A DNA stretch of 64,000 nt, taken from a virus. The first letter of the stretch is position 1, and each line of letters opens with the position of its first letter. Position numbers and translations under genes: made by a program. The notes under the pieces were generated by a model. That model saw nothing but the letters and a program-made list of their open reading frames with translations. It made no database searches and had not been told where the DNA came from. Shown piece after piece: positions 52,984 to 61,872 of the stretch. The DNA lies in the IMG/VR virus record IMGVR_UViG_3300030320_000049; one strand, 5' to 3'.

Positions 52984-53507
52984 TAGAATGTAAAACAAAT
53001 TGTTGCAGGTGCCAAAAATATGGCACCTGTGAACGATCACAAGAAAGATTATTTGAAAAGCTTTTTACTCGTTACGGATATGTACAGAAAGAAATGAGTA
53101 ATAAAACAATACATATTTACGAACAACATCCGGAAAACTTACACAGTGAAAAGGAAATTTTAGAAAGATTCAGTCATGCAAAAGGAACTATTGAAGAATT
53201 AGAAGAAATGTTATTAGAATTAAAATCTTATCAAATAGAATTGTCAAAACGTTATAATTATATTTTAACTTCTCCCATAAAAAAGAAGATAGAATTAAAA
53301 AGAGAAAAGCTCTATAGAAAAAACGTTATTTACTATATAAATTTTTATGATGTTAATTTAAATGACGGTCATGAGGAATTGACAAATTTTATAAAATATT
53401 CTGGAATTGAGCGAAAACAAGCGTTATTGCATTTTGAACAATTAAAAAAAGAAAATCCGAATGCTTTTTTTAAAAAAGATATTGAGCGTAATAAATGGGA
53501 AAAATAA
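52980..53507 (+). CDS. hypothetical protein (175 aa)
   Basis: Track ORF with an ATGA overlap. Confidence 0.55.
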   Translation: MIECKTNCCRCQKYGTCERSQERLFEKLFTRYGYVQKEMSNKTIHIYEQHPENLHSEKEILERFSHAKGTIEELEEMLLELKSYQIELSKRYNYILTSPIKKKIELKREKLYRKNVIYYINFYDVNLNDGHEELTNFIKYSGIERKQALLHFEQLKKENPNAFFKKDIERNKWEK

Positions 53508-53523
53508 TGTGGAGGTCTAAAAC

Positions 53524-53736
53524 ATGAAATATCATTACATAGCAATTTCAACACGCACAAATGACAAAAACTTTGCGTCTGTGCTTCGGGTTTCAAACTC
53601 TGACAATTTATTATTTTCATTGCAAGTCCCCGGCATTACTTCCGCAAATATTTGTAGCACAAAAAAAGAAGCTGAAAAAGTCGTTGATTTTTGGAACAAG
53701 TGTTACAAGAAAAATAAAACTTATGGAGGGCTTTAA
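53524..53736 (+). CDS. hypothetical protein (70 aa)
   Basis: Track ORF; RBS tggaggtctaaaac upstream. Confidence 0.5.
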   Translation: MKYHYIAISTRTNDKNFASVLRVSNSDNLLFSLQVPGITSANICSTKKEAEKVVDFWNKCYKKNKTYGGL

Positions 53737-53737
53737 A

Positions 53738-54115
53738 ATGGTAACAATCAAGAAAGCCACGCAAGCGCAGACAATCGCCGCCATAAAAAGCGGCGATTTC
53801 TCCACAGTTGATACAATCAACAGAAAAGCTGAAAAGGAAGCAATGGAAATCTTCAAGGCTGTTGCTGGTGGCGTTATTAAATTAGCTTATTGGGATATGT
53901 CCCCGATAAAGCGCCGTGACGGTAAAAAGTCTGTAATGCGGTACGCACTGCACAGATCAACGAAAAAAGAAGACTGTTTACAACTCTCCTGTATGGAGCT
54001 TATCGGCGGCGAGATCATCCCCACAAGCGACAGACAATTTAATATTAAAGATGATTACGACCGCCGGGAATTTTTCCGCAGTCTTCCAGCTGTTACAAAA
54101 ATGACTTTTAAATAA
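53738..54115 (+). CDS. hypothetical protein (125 aa)
   Basis: Start MVTIKKAT with RBS ggagggc, inside track ORF 53561..54115. Confidence 0.55.
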   Translation: MVTIKKATQAQTIAAIKSGDFSTVDTINRKAEKEAMEIFKAVAGGVIKLAYWDMSPIKRRDGKKSVMRYALHRSTKKEDCLQLSCMELIGGEIIPTSDRQFNIKDDYDRREFFRSLPAVTKMTFK

Positions 54116-54327
54116 TAGGGCGCGTCTTTTTATATCCTGGCTCCCAGGGTGAAGGGAAGAAAGATAAAAACATGAGTGATAAAATATTTAATAAATTAAT
54201 AACACTTTCTGTTGATGAGCTAGACAATTACATAGAATTTTTAGAAAGTATTTATTCCCCGACTATTACTGGGAAAGAGATTGATAAAAAAACTATGGAA
54301 TATTTAGGTATAACTGATTGATTTTTT

Positions 54328-54383
54328 ACCGCTTCCCGGTTTCCAGACCGGCGGCACGTTCACGGCGTGCAAGCGGTTTTTTT
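54328..54383 (+). terminator. branched (three-way) intrinsic terminator with a tRNA-minihelix-like layout
   Basis: ACCGCUU-CC-CCGGU(UUCCAG)ACCGG-CG-GCACG(UUCACGG)CGUGC-AAGCGGU followed by U7. Confidence 0.6.
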
Positions 54384-54551
54384 GGCATTCTGCCAGATAC
54401 ACCTTGCAAAGTTAATATAATAAGTCAATCAATTAACGCGCTATTTTATCCGTAAATCGTTTTTTATGCTGTTAATGGTGATTTATGCCACGTTTGCATT
54501 TTAAGCCGATTATGAGCCTTTAAAGCACTTTATAGTGCACTACATGGTTTA

Positions 54552-54580
54552 TTGACTGCTTGCGGCTATAGGTGTATAAT
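54552..54580 (+). promoter_or_regulatory. consensus sigma-70 promoter with no downstream ORF
   Basis: TTGACT, 17-nt spacer, TATAAT. Confidence 0.55.
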
Positions 54581-55365
54581 AATCTTGTATAGCTATGTGC
54601 GGCTATGCTTTATTTGCGTACCGTGTAAATGGGGCGCATTGTGTCCGCTTATGTGCGTAGCTTGTCCGGGCTTCCCGGTGATCTGTCGCAACTGTCCGGT
54701 CTATATATCAATTAGGGCTATACAACTATATTGTGATATGCTTATATACGCCGCATTTGTCTTTTTAAGTCGTTTTATAATCGCAGTCAATAAAGTATAG
54801 GCTAAATACGCTACAAGCCATTTAAGGCTTATTTTGCAAGAGTATTATTGCATTTTTATTACTGCATTATATGTCATTTGCTGTTATGATCTATTATCTG
54901 CGGGCTGTTGGTTCTGATCTGTCAGAGCTACGGCTGACGGTCGGCTTTACTGGTGTTCAATCGTTCCCGGTTCTGTCCAGGTTTCATCATTTCGGCGCGG
55001 TATCGGTTCCAGGTGCTATCCCTGGTTGGTTTATACCGGCGGAAAAGTCGCAACTGTTCAAGGTTTCAATAGTTGCAACTAACTTGTAAACGATTTCCAA
55101 ATTTAAACATCATTTTGGAAACCAAAAAATCACGGAAATTAAGAAAAAAAGTGGCAATCAGAAAATTTCTCACATTTTCTAGTTACCACTTAAATTTTAA
55201 TTTTGCACAAATATTTCTATAGCGTAAAGTTCTGAATGATTCAAAATTCACAATTTATTTAATCCTTCTTTCTTACGTGTTCCATATCTTCTGTGAGATG
55301 ATTTCTCTAAACGTTCCGTCCTCTTTGTTTGGGACTTTGAAAGTTTTTTCTTTCTCTGGTAATTG

Positions 55366-56034
55366 TCAGTCGTTGTTCCCATTCATACCCTCCTTGTTAA
55401 TTTTCTGATTCTTAGTCTCAAAGTTTACAATTTCCGTGTCTGTTTCCAGTTCTTCCGGGATTCTTCCAATAATGATAACTCGAAGCGGTTTCAATCTCCG
55501 TTCCATCTCCTTGAAACCAACGCAAAATTCCAACCGTGCTGCCTTGCTCTTTACTCTTCCATTGGTGCAACAGGCAACTGTGCTTCCCTTTGGTAGCCCA
55601 TCAAAGCACCAGTCCCAACAGTATTCTGGTAATATGTTTACGTTTGGAATTACTGGAATATCATTCAAGACCATGTAGTGAGCCAGTGCATGATTGCGGT
55701 ATTTATTCCGCAAGCACATTACCAGTGGCATTCCATTCTTGCCTACCGATATGCTAAAATCCGGCATAATGACTGCATGAAAACATTTTAAATGCTTCAT
55801 ATACTTGTCTGGCTGATTCCATAATCTTTGAAACTGTACATCATCCACGTAGAAGTTTACATCCAGTTCCCGGTGGTTCTTAATCTTTCTGCTGAAGCTC
55901 TCCGAAAAGTCTACAGTATCTTTCCCTGGATGAATAAAAGTCTTTGGAATTTTCGGGATTCCGTACTTGCCTTCAAGGTCTGCATCAGTTATTAGAAACT
56001 CCTTCATTACATCATAGGCTGTGTGTATCTGCAT
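55366..56034 (-). CDS. DUF4417-like protein
   Basis: ...NFYVDDVQFQRLWNQPDKYMKHLKCFHAVIMPDFSIS...YRNHALAHYMVLNDIPVIPNV (family from memory). Start MQIHTAYD with RBS ggagggcg. Confidence 0.6.
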   Translation of the reverse strand: MQIHTAYDVMKEFLITDADLEGKYGIPKIPKTFIHPGKDTVDFSESFSRKIKNHRELDVNFYVDDVQFQRLWNQPDKYMKHLKCFHAVIMPDFSISVGKNGMPLVMCLRNKYRNHALAHYMVLNDIPVIPNVNILPEYCWDWCFDGLPKGSTVACCTNGRVKSKAARLEFCVGFKEMERRLKPLRVIIIGRIPEELETDTEIVNFETKNQKINKEGMNGNND

Positions 56035-56159
56035 ATTTCGCCCTCCATTTTCTTGAACATAACACAATTTCAGAAAAAAGGCAAAAAAAATAATCGCATC
56101 TCTGCGATTTTATTATTTTGCACATGTACTTTTCCCTTTCATATGTACTTTTTGTAAAA

Positions 56160-56345
56160 GGTAATCAAAGGTAATCAGAACACTCGTTCATACCAAGTCC
56201 GCAAACCCTTGATTTTACTGCATAAATCGGGGCAACAGGATTTGAACCTGCGACCTCACGGCTCGCGTTTTAATCCGTAAACCCTTGATTTTAAAGGCTT
56301 TCCAGACTTGAGGTAATCAAAGGTAACCAAAAAGGTAATCAGAAC
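56160..56345. other. attP-like region: tRNA 3' fragment flanked by arm-type direct repeats
   Basis: Minus-strand tRNA T-arm plus acceptor 3' half only (56228..56264: ...GUCGCAGGUUCAAAUCCUGUUGCCCCG). 20-bp direct repeats tccgYaaacccttgatttta at 56198 and 56274. Five GGTAAYCAR units at 56160, 56170, 56312, 56322 and 56334. Confidence 0.6.
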
Positions 56346-56357
56346 CTATGTTCTTAT

Positions 56358-57554
56358 TCATCCAATCCTTTGCACTTTTGACACAATTTTATTTTTTTCT
56401 TCCAAAGAGCTAACATCAAATGTATAATATTTTTCATTAACTTCTTCGGTATGCCCGAGTAGCGATGCAGCAACAGTGGCAGATACTCCATTGCACCTTA
56501 GTTTAGAATTTATTGTTCTTCTAAATGCATGAATTCCTCTTTCTTCTATTCCTTCCTGCCTGCATTTGTTTTTTAAGCATGACGATATTACAGGAGCATG
56601 AACCCTTCCATTTTCGTTTGAAAACAACCATTCACTAATATACCCATTGCTGATTTCTGCTGATTTTAATTTCATTAAAAGTTTTCGAATTTCGCCAGTC
56701 ATAGGAAACCATCTGTTCATTTGATTTTTTGTTTTTCCTATATAGTATTCTTTTGTATTTCTATTGTATTTTTCTGATTTATTAATAGATATATAATTTT
56801 CATTTATATCTTCCCATTTTAAAGCCGAAATTTCTCCAACTCTCATCCCTGTGAGACTTGCAAAATATACTGCGTATGAGGGAATGTATTCTGGCTGTTC
56901 ATCAAAATCCTTTTTGCAGCGATTAATAATTAGTTTAAGTTCATGGTCTGATATTGTATTATGACTTGAAGGCTTTTCTATCTCCGTGCAGTATTTATAA
57001 AATATTTTAGGTGAAAGAAATTCCATAGGATCATAATTCAATAAATGTTGTGACCTTGCACTATCTATTGTGTTTTTGATATATCCAAACAAAGTTTTAC
57101 ACGCTTTTTTGCAAAGTTTTTGATCTTTTACAGTTCTGACAATGAATACCTTTATATCTTCTTCTGTCATTTTCTCAATTTCTTTTTCCGTAAATTCTTT
57201 TTTTTCAAAATAACGTGCTCTATCTGTAGAATACTTATACAAAGTGTTATCCGTCACAAATTCTTTTTGAATTTCTATCCAATGCTCGTAAACATCCATA
57301 AATGTTTTAGGTTTTTCTGTTTTTTCTTTCTCGAAAGCAATAATATAATCTTCAATTCCCTTTCGGCTACTTCTTTTCACTAGCTTTCTAGAATTTTTTT
57401 CTGTATAAATATAAGTATACCAATTATTGTTTTTTCCCTGCCATATTTTATATTTTTTTAATATTTCTTCATTTTTCTTCATTTGTATTTCTTCAAGTAC
57501 ATGTGCAGGATTTATAATACCATTCTCAATAGCATATTTCAATATTTCATCCAT
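56358..57554 (-). CDS. int: tyrosine integrase
   Basis: ...ALKWEDINENYISINKSEKYN...HAFRRTINSKL...LLGHTEEVNEKYYTF. Start taken at MDEILKY; the track ORF extends to 57668. Confidence 0.85.
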   Translation of the reverse strand: MDEILKYAIENGIINPAHVLEEIQMKKNEEILKKYKIWQGKNNNWYTYIYTEKNSRKLVKRSSRKGIEDYIIAFEKEKTEKPKTFMDVYEHWIEIQKEFVTDNTLYKYSTDRARYFEKKEFTEKEIEKMTEEDIKVFIVRTVKDQKLCKKACKTLFGYIKNTIDSARSQHLLNYDPMEFLSPKIFYKYCTEIEKPSSHNTISDHELKLIINRCKKDFDEQPEYIPSYAVYFASLTGMRVGEISALKWEDINENYISINKSEKYNRNTKEYYIGKTKNQMNRWFPMTGEIRKLLMKLKSAEISNGYISEWLFSNENGRVHAPVISSCLKNKCRQEGIEERGIHAFRRTINSKLRCNGVSATVAASLLGHTEEVNEKYYTFDVSSLEEKNKIVSKVQRIG

Positions 57555-57561
57555 AAAATTT

Positions 57562-57610
57562 AGGAGGAACCGGGAATTCCTTTTGCCGGCCGGCGGTTCC
57601 TGTTCCTCCT
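57562..57610 (-). promoter_or_regulatory. strong hairpin (AGGAGGAAC / GUUCCUCCU with nested GGAACCG/CGGUUCC) just upstream of int
   Basis: Direct reading. It is followed by AAAUUUUAUG on the minus strand. Confidence 0.45.
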
Positions 57611-57727
57611 TTCTATTGATAGCCTGTTTTTTTGATTTTAAGCGCTTATTTTGTTTTAACCATAACAATATTCACGAATATCATAAAAATTAATTTTAGC
57701 CGTTTTGGTCAAAACAATTATCATATT

Positions 57728-57940
57728 TCACAACAAATCAAATATATTGACCTGTCCATCAATCTGAGATTCTTCCAGATTGTAAAATTTGCAAGCTATA
57801 TAATCTGGGTTCCAAGCAACTTCCAGTTCGTATTGCAAGCACTGCGGATGCTTACCACCACGGAAGAATCTGCATTCCGAACAGGTATGCTGATAAGCTG
57901 TACCGCCAGATCGCTTATACATTTCGCTTATCTTCCTCAT
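57728..57940 (-). CDS. hypothetical Cys-containing protein (70 aa)
   Basis: Track ORF. Confidence 0.5.
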   Translation of the reverse strand: MRKISEMYKRSGGTAYQHTCSECRFFRGGKHPQCLQYELEVAWNPDYIACKFYNLEESQIDGQVNIFDLL

Positions 57941-58179
57941 AGAATCACTCGCTTTACTCTTGACTTTCCTCTCGCTTTCTTCTTGAAGATACCATTTTTA
58001 ACACAATCCCTCGGATCACATCCTCTGCTATGTTCTTCGATCAAGATATAATCACAGGTTGCATTTGTACTCCATGCATTTTCGCTCTTGCTGTAATAGT
58101 CGCATTTTGAGCATTGTCTCCGCTTTAAGCCTATAATTTCAGTGCTTTTTAATTCTCTCCATGGTTTTCTATCTGGCAA
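57937..58179 (-). CDS. hypothetical Cys-rich protein (80 aa)
   Basis: Track ORF with a 4-nt overlap downstream. Confidence 0.5.
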   Translation of the reverse strand: MPDRKPWRELKSTEIIGLKRRQCSKCDYYSKSENAWSTNATCDYILIEEHSRGCDPRDCVKNGIFKKKARGKSRVKRVIL

Positions 58180-58709
58180 TTTTCCGCACCTCCCAATCTG
58201 GCATTATCTATAATTTTTAAAAGGTCTGGACTTAGTTTTCTTCGTTCTTGTTCTCTTTGCACTTCTGCCCGATATGTACGCTGAAAATTTGACTGGACTA
58301 CGCTCAGCCATTTTCCATCTACATTCCCTGATTTCGCCCATTCTTCTAACTGCCCCGGACTTGATACAGCTTTCTGAACTATTTCTGGAAGTTTAGAAAA
58401 TTCTTCTTCCGCATGGTATATAGAGTTCCAAATTGCCCTTGATACCAGATTCCAAGCTTCTGTTTCGTTCAGTTCGTCAGACTGTGGCGCAAGGCTTTGT
58501 GCGCATTTCCTTAATGCTGCTATTGATGGCTCTTTCCATTCAGTCTGCATATATTTCTTTAATCCGAAACTTAAAAGCTTGTAATCTAGGTCTTTAAGGA
58601 GACCATACCAAGTATCAAAAGCATATTGATCTGGAAGAAACGATGGAGAAGTGTACACAGCTTTCATTGCTTTTACCAGTACCGCCCATTCTTCCCTTGT
58701 CATACCCAA
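58149..58709 (-). CDS. G39P-like helicase loader/inhibitor
   Basis: MTREEWAVLVKAMKAVYTSPSFLPDQYAFDTWYGLLKDLDY... (from memory). Lies next to the replisome organizer. Confidence 0.55.
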   Translation of the reverse strand: MGMTREEWAVLVKAMKAVYTSPSFLPDQYAFDTWYGLLKDLDYKLLSFGLKKYMQTEWKEPSIAALRKCAQSLAPQSDELNETEAWNLVSRAIWNSIYHAEEEFSKLPEIVQKAVSSPGQLEEWAKSGNVDGKWLSVVQSNFQRTYRAEVQREQERRKLSPDLLKIIDNARLGGAENCQIENHGEN

Positions 58710-59620
58710 TTGTCCACCTCGCTTACCCTGTTTTGGATTTTCTCCATGTAGCTTTGAGGCTTGTTGCCGGATTTATCAAGATAGTTCCCTTCAAATACCT
58801 TTGCAAAGTTACCGGGCTTTAAGAACCAATCGAAAGTTATCATCCAGCCTTCTTTGTTCTGCCCTTGTAAGAAGCTGCTATGGCGAATGTTTTCAATGGC
58901 TTCTAATATATCGCCCATATGGTTCTGACGGATTCTGGCTTTCACTGCTTGTTCTCGTTTTGATGTCATTCTTTTTACAGGGTTAATACCAAATTCTTCC
59001 AGAGTATTCCATTCATCAATGATTCGTTGGACGTCAGTCTGACGAATAGTATCTTTAGATACTATTAAATCATTCTCTTCTTCTATTTCTTTTTCTTTAT
59101 TATCTAATTCTTTATTATCTAGTTCTTTATTATATACTTCTGCCGAGCTAACGTTAGTTTTACTGTTAACTTTACCGTAAAGTTTACTGTTAGTTTTACA
59201 CTCTATTTTGTCTTTCTGCTTTTTTCGATATTCTTGCATATAGTTTCGCATATATTGGCTTTTTTGCTCAATTTTATCAAGATTTTGATATTTTCCCCAG
59301 TTCGGAATTGTGTAAACTCCGGAAACAATTTCGATCATTCCGTAGTTCTCAAATGTTTTTAACGCTAATCGAACCGTGTTAATATCTCTCCTGAATACTG
59401 TCGCTAACATTTCATCAGTATATGCAATCTTATCGTTTAGGATAAAAACACCGCTGTTGTTATTTTTTCCGGCTAAGCACAACAATTTAAACCAGATTAC
59501 GATAATGCTATCCGCACTTGGCAAATTTTCAATTAGCATTATTTTTTCATCATCAAAAATGTCTGAACATATTTTTATCCATTTTACATCGCTTGCCAAT
59601 TTTGAAATTCCTTTCTCCAA
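58700..59620 (-). CDS. phage replisome organizer (Phage_rep_org_N plus DnaD-like C-terminus)
   Basis: KWIKICSDIFDDEKIMLIENLPSADSIIVIWFKLLCLAGKNNNSGVF...TVRLALKTFENYGMIEI. Confidence 0.8.
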   Translation of the reverse strand: MEKGISKLASDVKWIKICSDIFDDEKIMLIENLPSADSIIVIWFKLLCLAGKNNNSGVFILNDKIAYTDEMLATVFRRDINTVRLALKTFENYGMIEIVSGVYTIPNWGKYQNLDKIEQKSQYMRNYMQEYRKKQKDKIECKTNSKLYGKVNSKTNVSSAEVYNKELDNKELDNKEKEIEEENDLIVSKDTIRQTDVQRIIDEWNTLEEFGINPVKRMTSKREQAVKARIRQNHMGDILEAIENIRHSSFLQGQNKEGWMITFDWFLKPGNFAKVFEGNYLDKSGNKPQSYMEKIQNRVSEVDNWV

Positions 59621-59642
59621 TTCCTGGCTTTTTCAAAAGTGT

Positions 59643-60764
59643 TTATTTTAATTCAACTTCAATTCCATTGATTTTCAGTTCTCCATTTACTGGAATTACA
59701 AGGGATGGATCGCCGTTTATTTCTTTCAGTTCAATCAGAGCAATTTTATCTGGCTGAATGCAGATTGTTGCATCTGGTGTTACAATTTTTGCAGTTTTTG
59801 AATTATGGATATTATCAAGGGCAACAGGCTCATTGTTGAAATACATTCCCCAGTTTTCTTTAAAATCTGATAACTTCTCGCATGGAATTCCGCAATATCC
59901 AAAAATATGTTCCATTTCATCACATGATACAGTTATCATCTCTGGGCTGTCTTTCTTCTGTTCTCTTACTTCCCGTAACGATTCAACCAGGCTTTCAGTG
60001 AAATAAAATGTTGTGCATCCTTTGAAATTATCCATGATAAAATCTAAAAAGACATTGATCTCATTTCCCGGTATACGCGGAATTGGTGTGCCAAGAACAT
60101 TTTCGATAAAGTCCATATGAATATTCTTTATGTTTTTGTTGAAATACAAAGTTCCATGAATATCAGTGCTTCTGTCATTGAATACAGGGAATAAGAATCC
60201 TGTTTCTGGTCTTGAGACTACCCAATCACGAATACGGTCTTTGATGTTATTTTCATCCACATCATAGCTAAGACCTGCCTTTGAAAGATTCACCGGGCAA
60301 ATGCTGCACAGAATGTGTTCATAAATTTCTTCTGATGCATCGTGCATTTCGGTTCTATCAGAAGCTTTTCCGGGAATGTCATATACTGCATGAATGAGAA
60401 CTATGTAGTAATTTTCGTTATAATCGTAATTTTCAATCACTTTGTCGTAGAACTCGTCCAAAAGCTCATCATCTTTAAGTTTACTTGCTCTGATCCGCAT
60501 AAGAAATTCCTGTGTTCCACCCTCTTTTTCCTGTTCTAATGGAAAATCAAAGTTCATAAGGTTCTTTCCAAGTCTGCCAGACATGGTTTTCTTGAAAATG
60601 TCAAAATACTTAAACATTTCTTCCTCTGGAAGAGACAGAAACGCTTCTTTAATTTTGGTTCTCTTATTCTTTTCTGCATCCACATAACAGCCACAAATAC
60701 GTGTAATGGAACAATTTGCTGGTGTAAACTGTTTCTTGATCTCTGCGATTTCTTTCTTATTCAT
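59643..60764 (-). CDS. DUF4317-like protein (373 aa)
   Basis: MNKKEIAEIKKQFTPANCSITRICGCYVDAEKNK... (family from memory). Confidence 0.6.
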   Translation of the reverse strand: MNKKEIAEIKKQFTPANCSITRICGCYVDAEKNKRTKIKEAFLSLPEEEMFKYFDIFKKTMSGRLGKNLMNFDFPLEQEKEGGTQEFLMRIRASKLKDDELLDEFYDKVIENYDYNENYYIVLIHAVYDIPGKASDRTEMHDASEEIYEHILCSICPVNLSKAGLSYDVDENNIKDRIRDWVVSRPETGFLFPVFNDRSTDIHGTLYFNKNIKNIHMDFIENVLGTPIPRIPGNEINVFLDFIMDNFKGCTTFYFTESLVESLREVREQKKDSPEMITVSCDEMEHIFGYCGIPCEKLSDFKENWGMYFNNEPVALDNIHNSKTAKIVTPDATICIQPDKIALIELKEINGDPSLVIPVNGELKINGIEVELK

Positions 60765-60766
60765 GA

Positions 60767-60940
60767 TTAATCCTCCGCTCCAAATATTTTTCTTAAATTG
60801 TTCTGGTAATTCTTCACTGTTTGTTCGATAGTGTTATAAGTTTGTCTTAATCTGCATCTTTCTTTGTAACCATCGCATATTGTTCCAAAAAGAATGGCAT
60901 TCCGACATATCCCATCTTGACTAGCGCAACATTTATTCAT
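60767..60940 (-). CDS. small Cys-rich ORF (57 aa)
   Basis: Own translation MNKCCASQDGICRNAILFGTICDGYKERCRLRQTYNTIEQTVKNYQNNLRKIFGAED. ATGA overlap upstream. Confidence 0.4.
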   Translation of the reverse strand: MNKCCASQDGICRNAILFGTICDGYKERCRLRQTYNTIEQTVKNYQNNLRKIFGAED

Positions 60941-61482
60941 TTCTTCATCTCCTCCAACTTCTTCTCAGCTTCTTCACGGGTGGAAAATACTGTTTTACCT
61001 ACTTCTCCTACAAATCTTACTATCTTAAACCCGTCTACGTATTTAAATTCAATACCAGTAATTTCAAAATCTTGTACTCCAAAAGAATGCACTTTTAATT
61101 TCTTGACTTCTCCATTAACAATGCAATATAAGTCATCTCCAATCTTACACGGCAATTTCACAAGCAAGCCCTGTTCTTTTAAGTCTTTGTATTCCTTCAA
61201 TTCTTTCTGCATTATCGCTAATTTAGTAAGCTCTAATCCAGTAAATGTACCGTTTTCTTTGAGTTCCTTTAATTCCTTTAAAGTGCCAATATCTTTATAA
61301 GACTTTAATTCTTCAAGCCACTCTGCGATTTGTTCATACTCCTTTACATATTGATTGCATATATCTGCATGTAACTCATTTGCATCTTATGAACCCATAT
61401 CTGCATTCTCGATACTCCATTTATAACGATTTGCAACTATCTTTGACTGTTTAATACCATCATCAATTAGAAATCTCTCCAT
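60937..61482 (-). pseudogene. 181-codon ORF interrupted by one in-frame TAA (codon 32)
   Basis: ATG 61482 with RBS aagaggtgaag. MERFLIDDGIKQSKIVANRYKWSIENADMGS*DANELHADICNQYVKEYEQ...MQKELKEY... The frame is the same throughout. TAA at 61389..61387. Confidence 0.6.
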
Positions 61483-61872
61483 CTACTTCACCTCTTTTGC
61501 TCCTTGATATATGGTTGCCATATCAAAATTACTTCTAATAAATCTTAGTGTCAGTTTATGATTTACAAAATTTCCAAGTTGATCGTAAATCCAGTACATT
61601 TCCTCTTTCCCAAAGTTTGTACCAAGATATTTGTTAAGACTTGATATTAGTTGATCTCTCCATTCATTGTTCCTTTTAGGTGAACTGTATGGTTCTCCTT
61701 TTGCCATTGATCTTGAACAGTGTTCAAGCAGCTTGCAGATAATATCTTCTTTATCGGTACAATTCTTTGCTGTGAAATATACATTTCCTTTTTCAGAAAG
61801 AATTATTTCCCCAAATCTGTTTATGTAGCTCCCGGGGAAGCATTCCATAAGACCGAAAATTTCATCAGTCAT
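61483..61872 (-). CDS. hypothetical protein (129 aa)
   Basis: Track ORF. Confidence 0.55.
   Translation of the reverse strand: MTDEIFGLMECFPGSYINRFGEIILSEKGNVYFTAKNCTDKEDIICKLLEHCSRSMAKGEPYSSPKRNNEWRDQLISSLNKYLGTNFGKEEMYWIYDQLGNFVNHKLTLRFIRSNFDMATIYQGAKEVK

Noticed and set aside
54171-54321. A possible 49-aa ORF after the J-domain operon.
   Set aside because: The ATG frame stops after 6 codons. The longer frame needs a GTG start far from any RBS. Support is too weak.
54552-55089. Track ORFs 54552..54800 and 54871..55089 as genes.
   Set aside because: The first starts at the TTG that is the -35 hexamer of a consensus promoter. Neither has an RBS, and both have odd Cys/Phe-rich composition. 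The region is treated as noncoding.
56228-56264. A possible additional tRNA gene.
   Set aside because: Only the T arm and 3' acceptor strand are present. The upstream sequence cannot form D or anticodon arms. I interpret it as an attP core.
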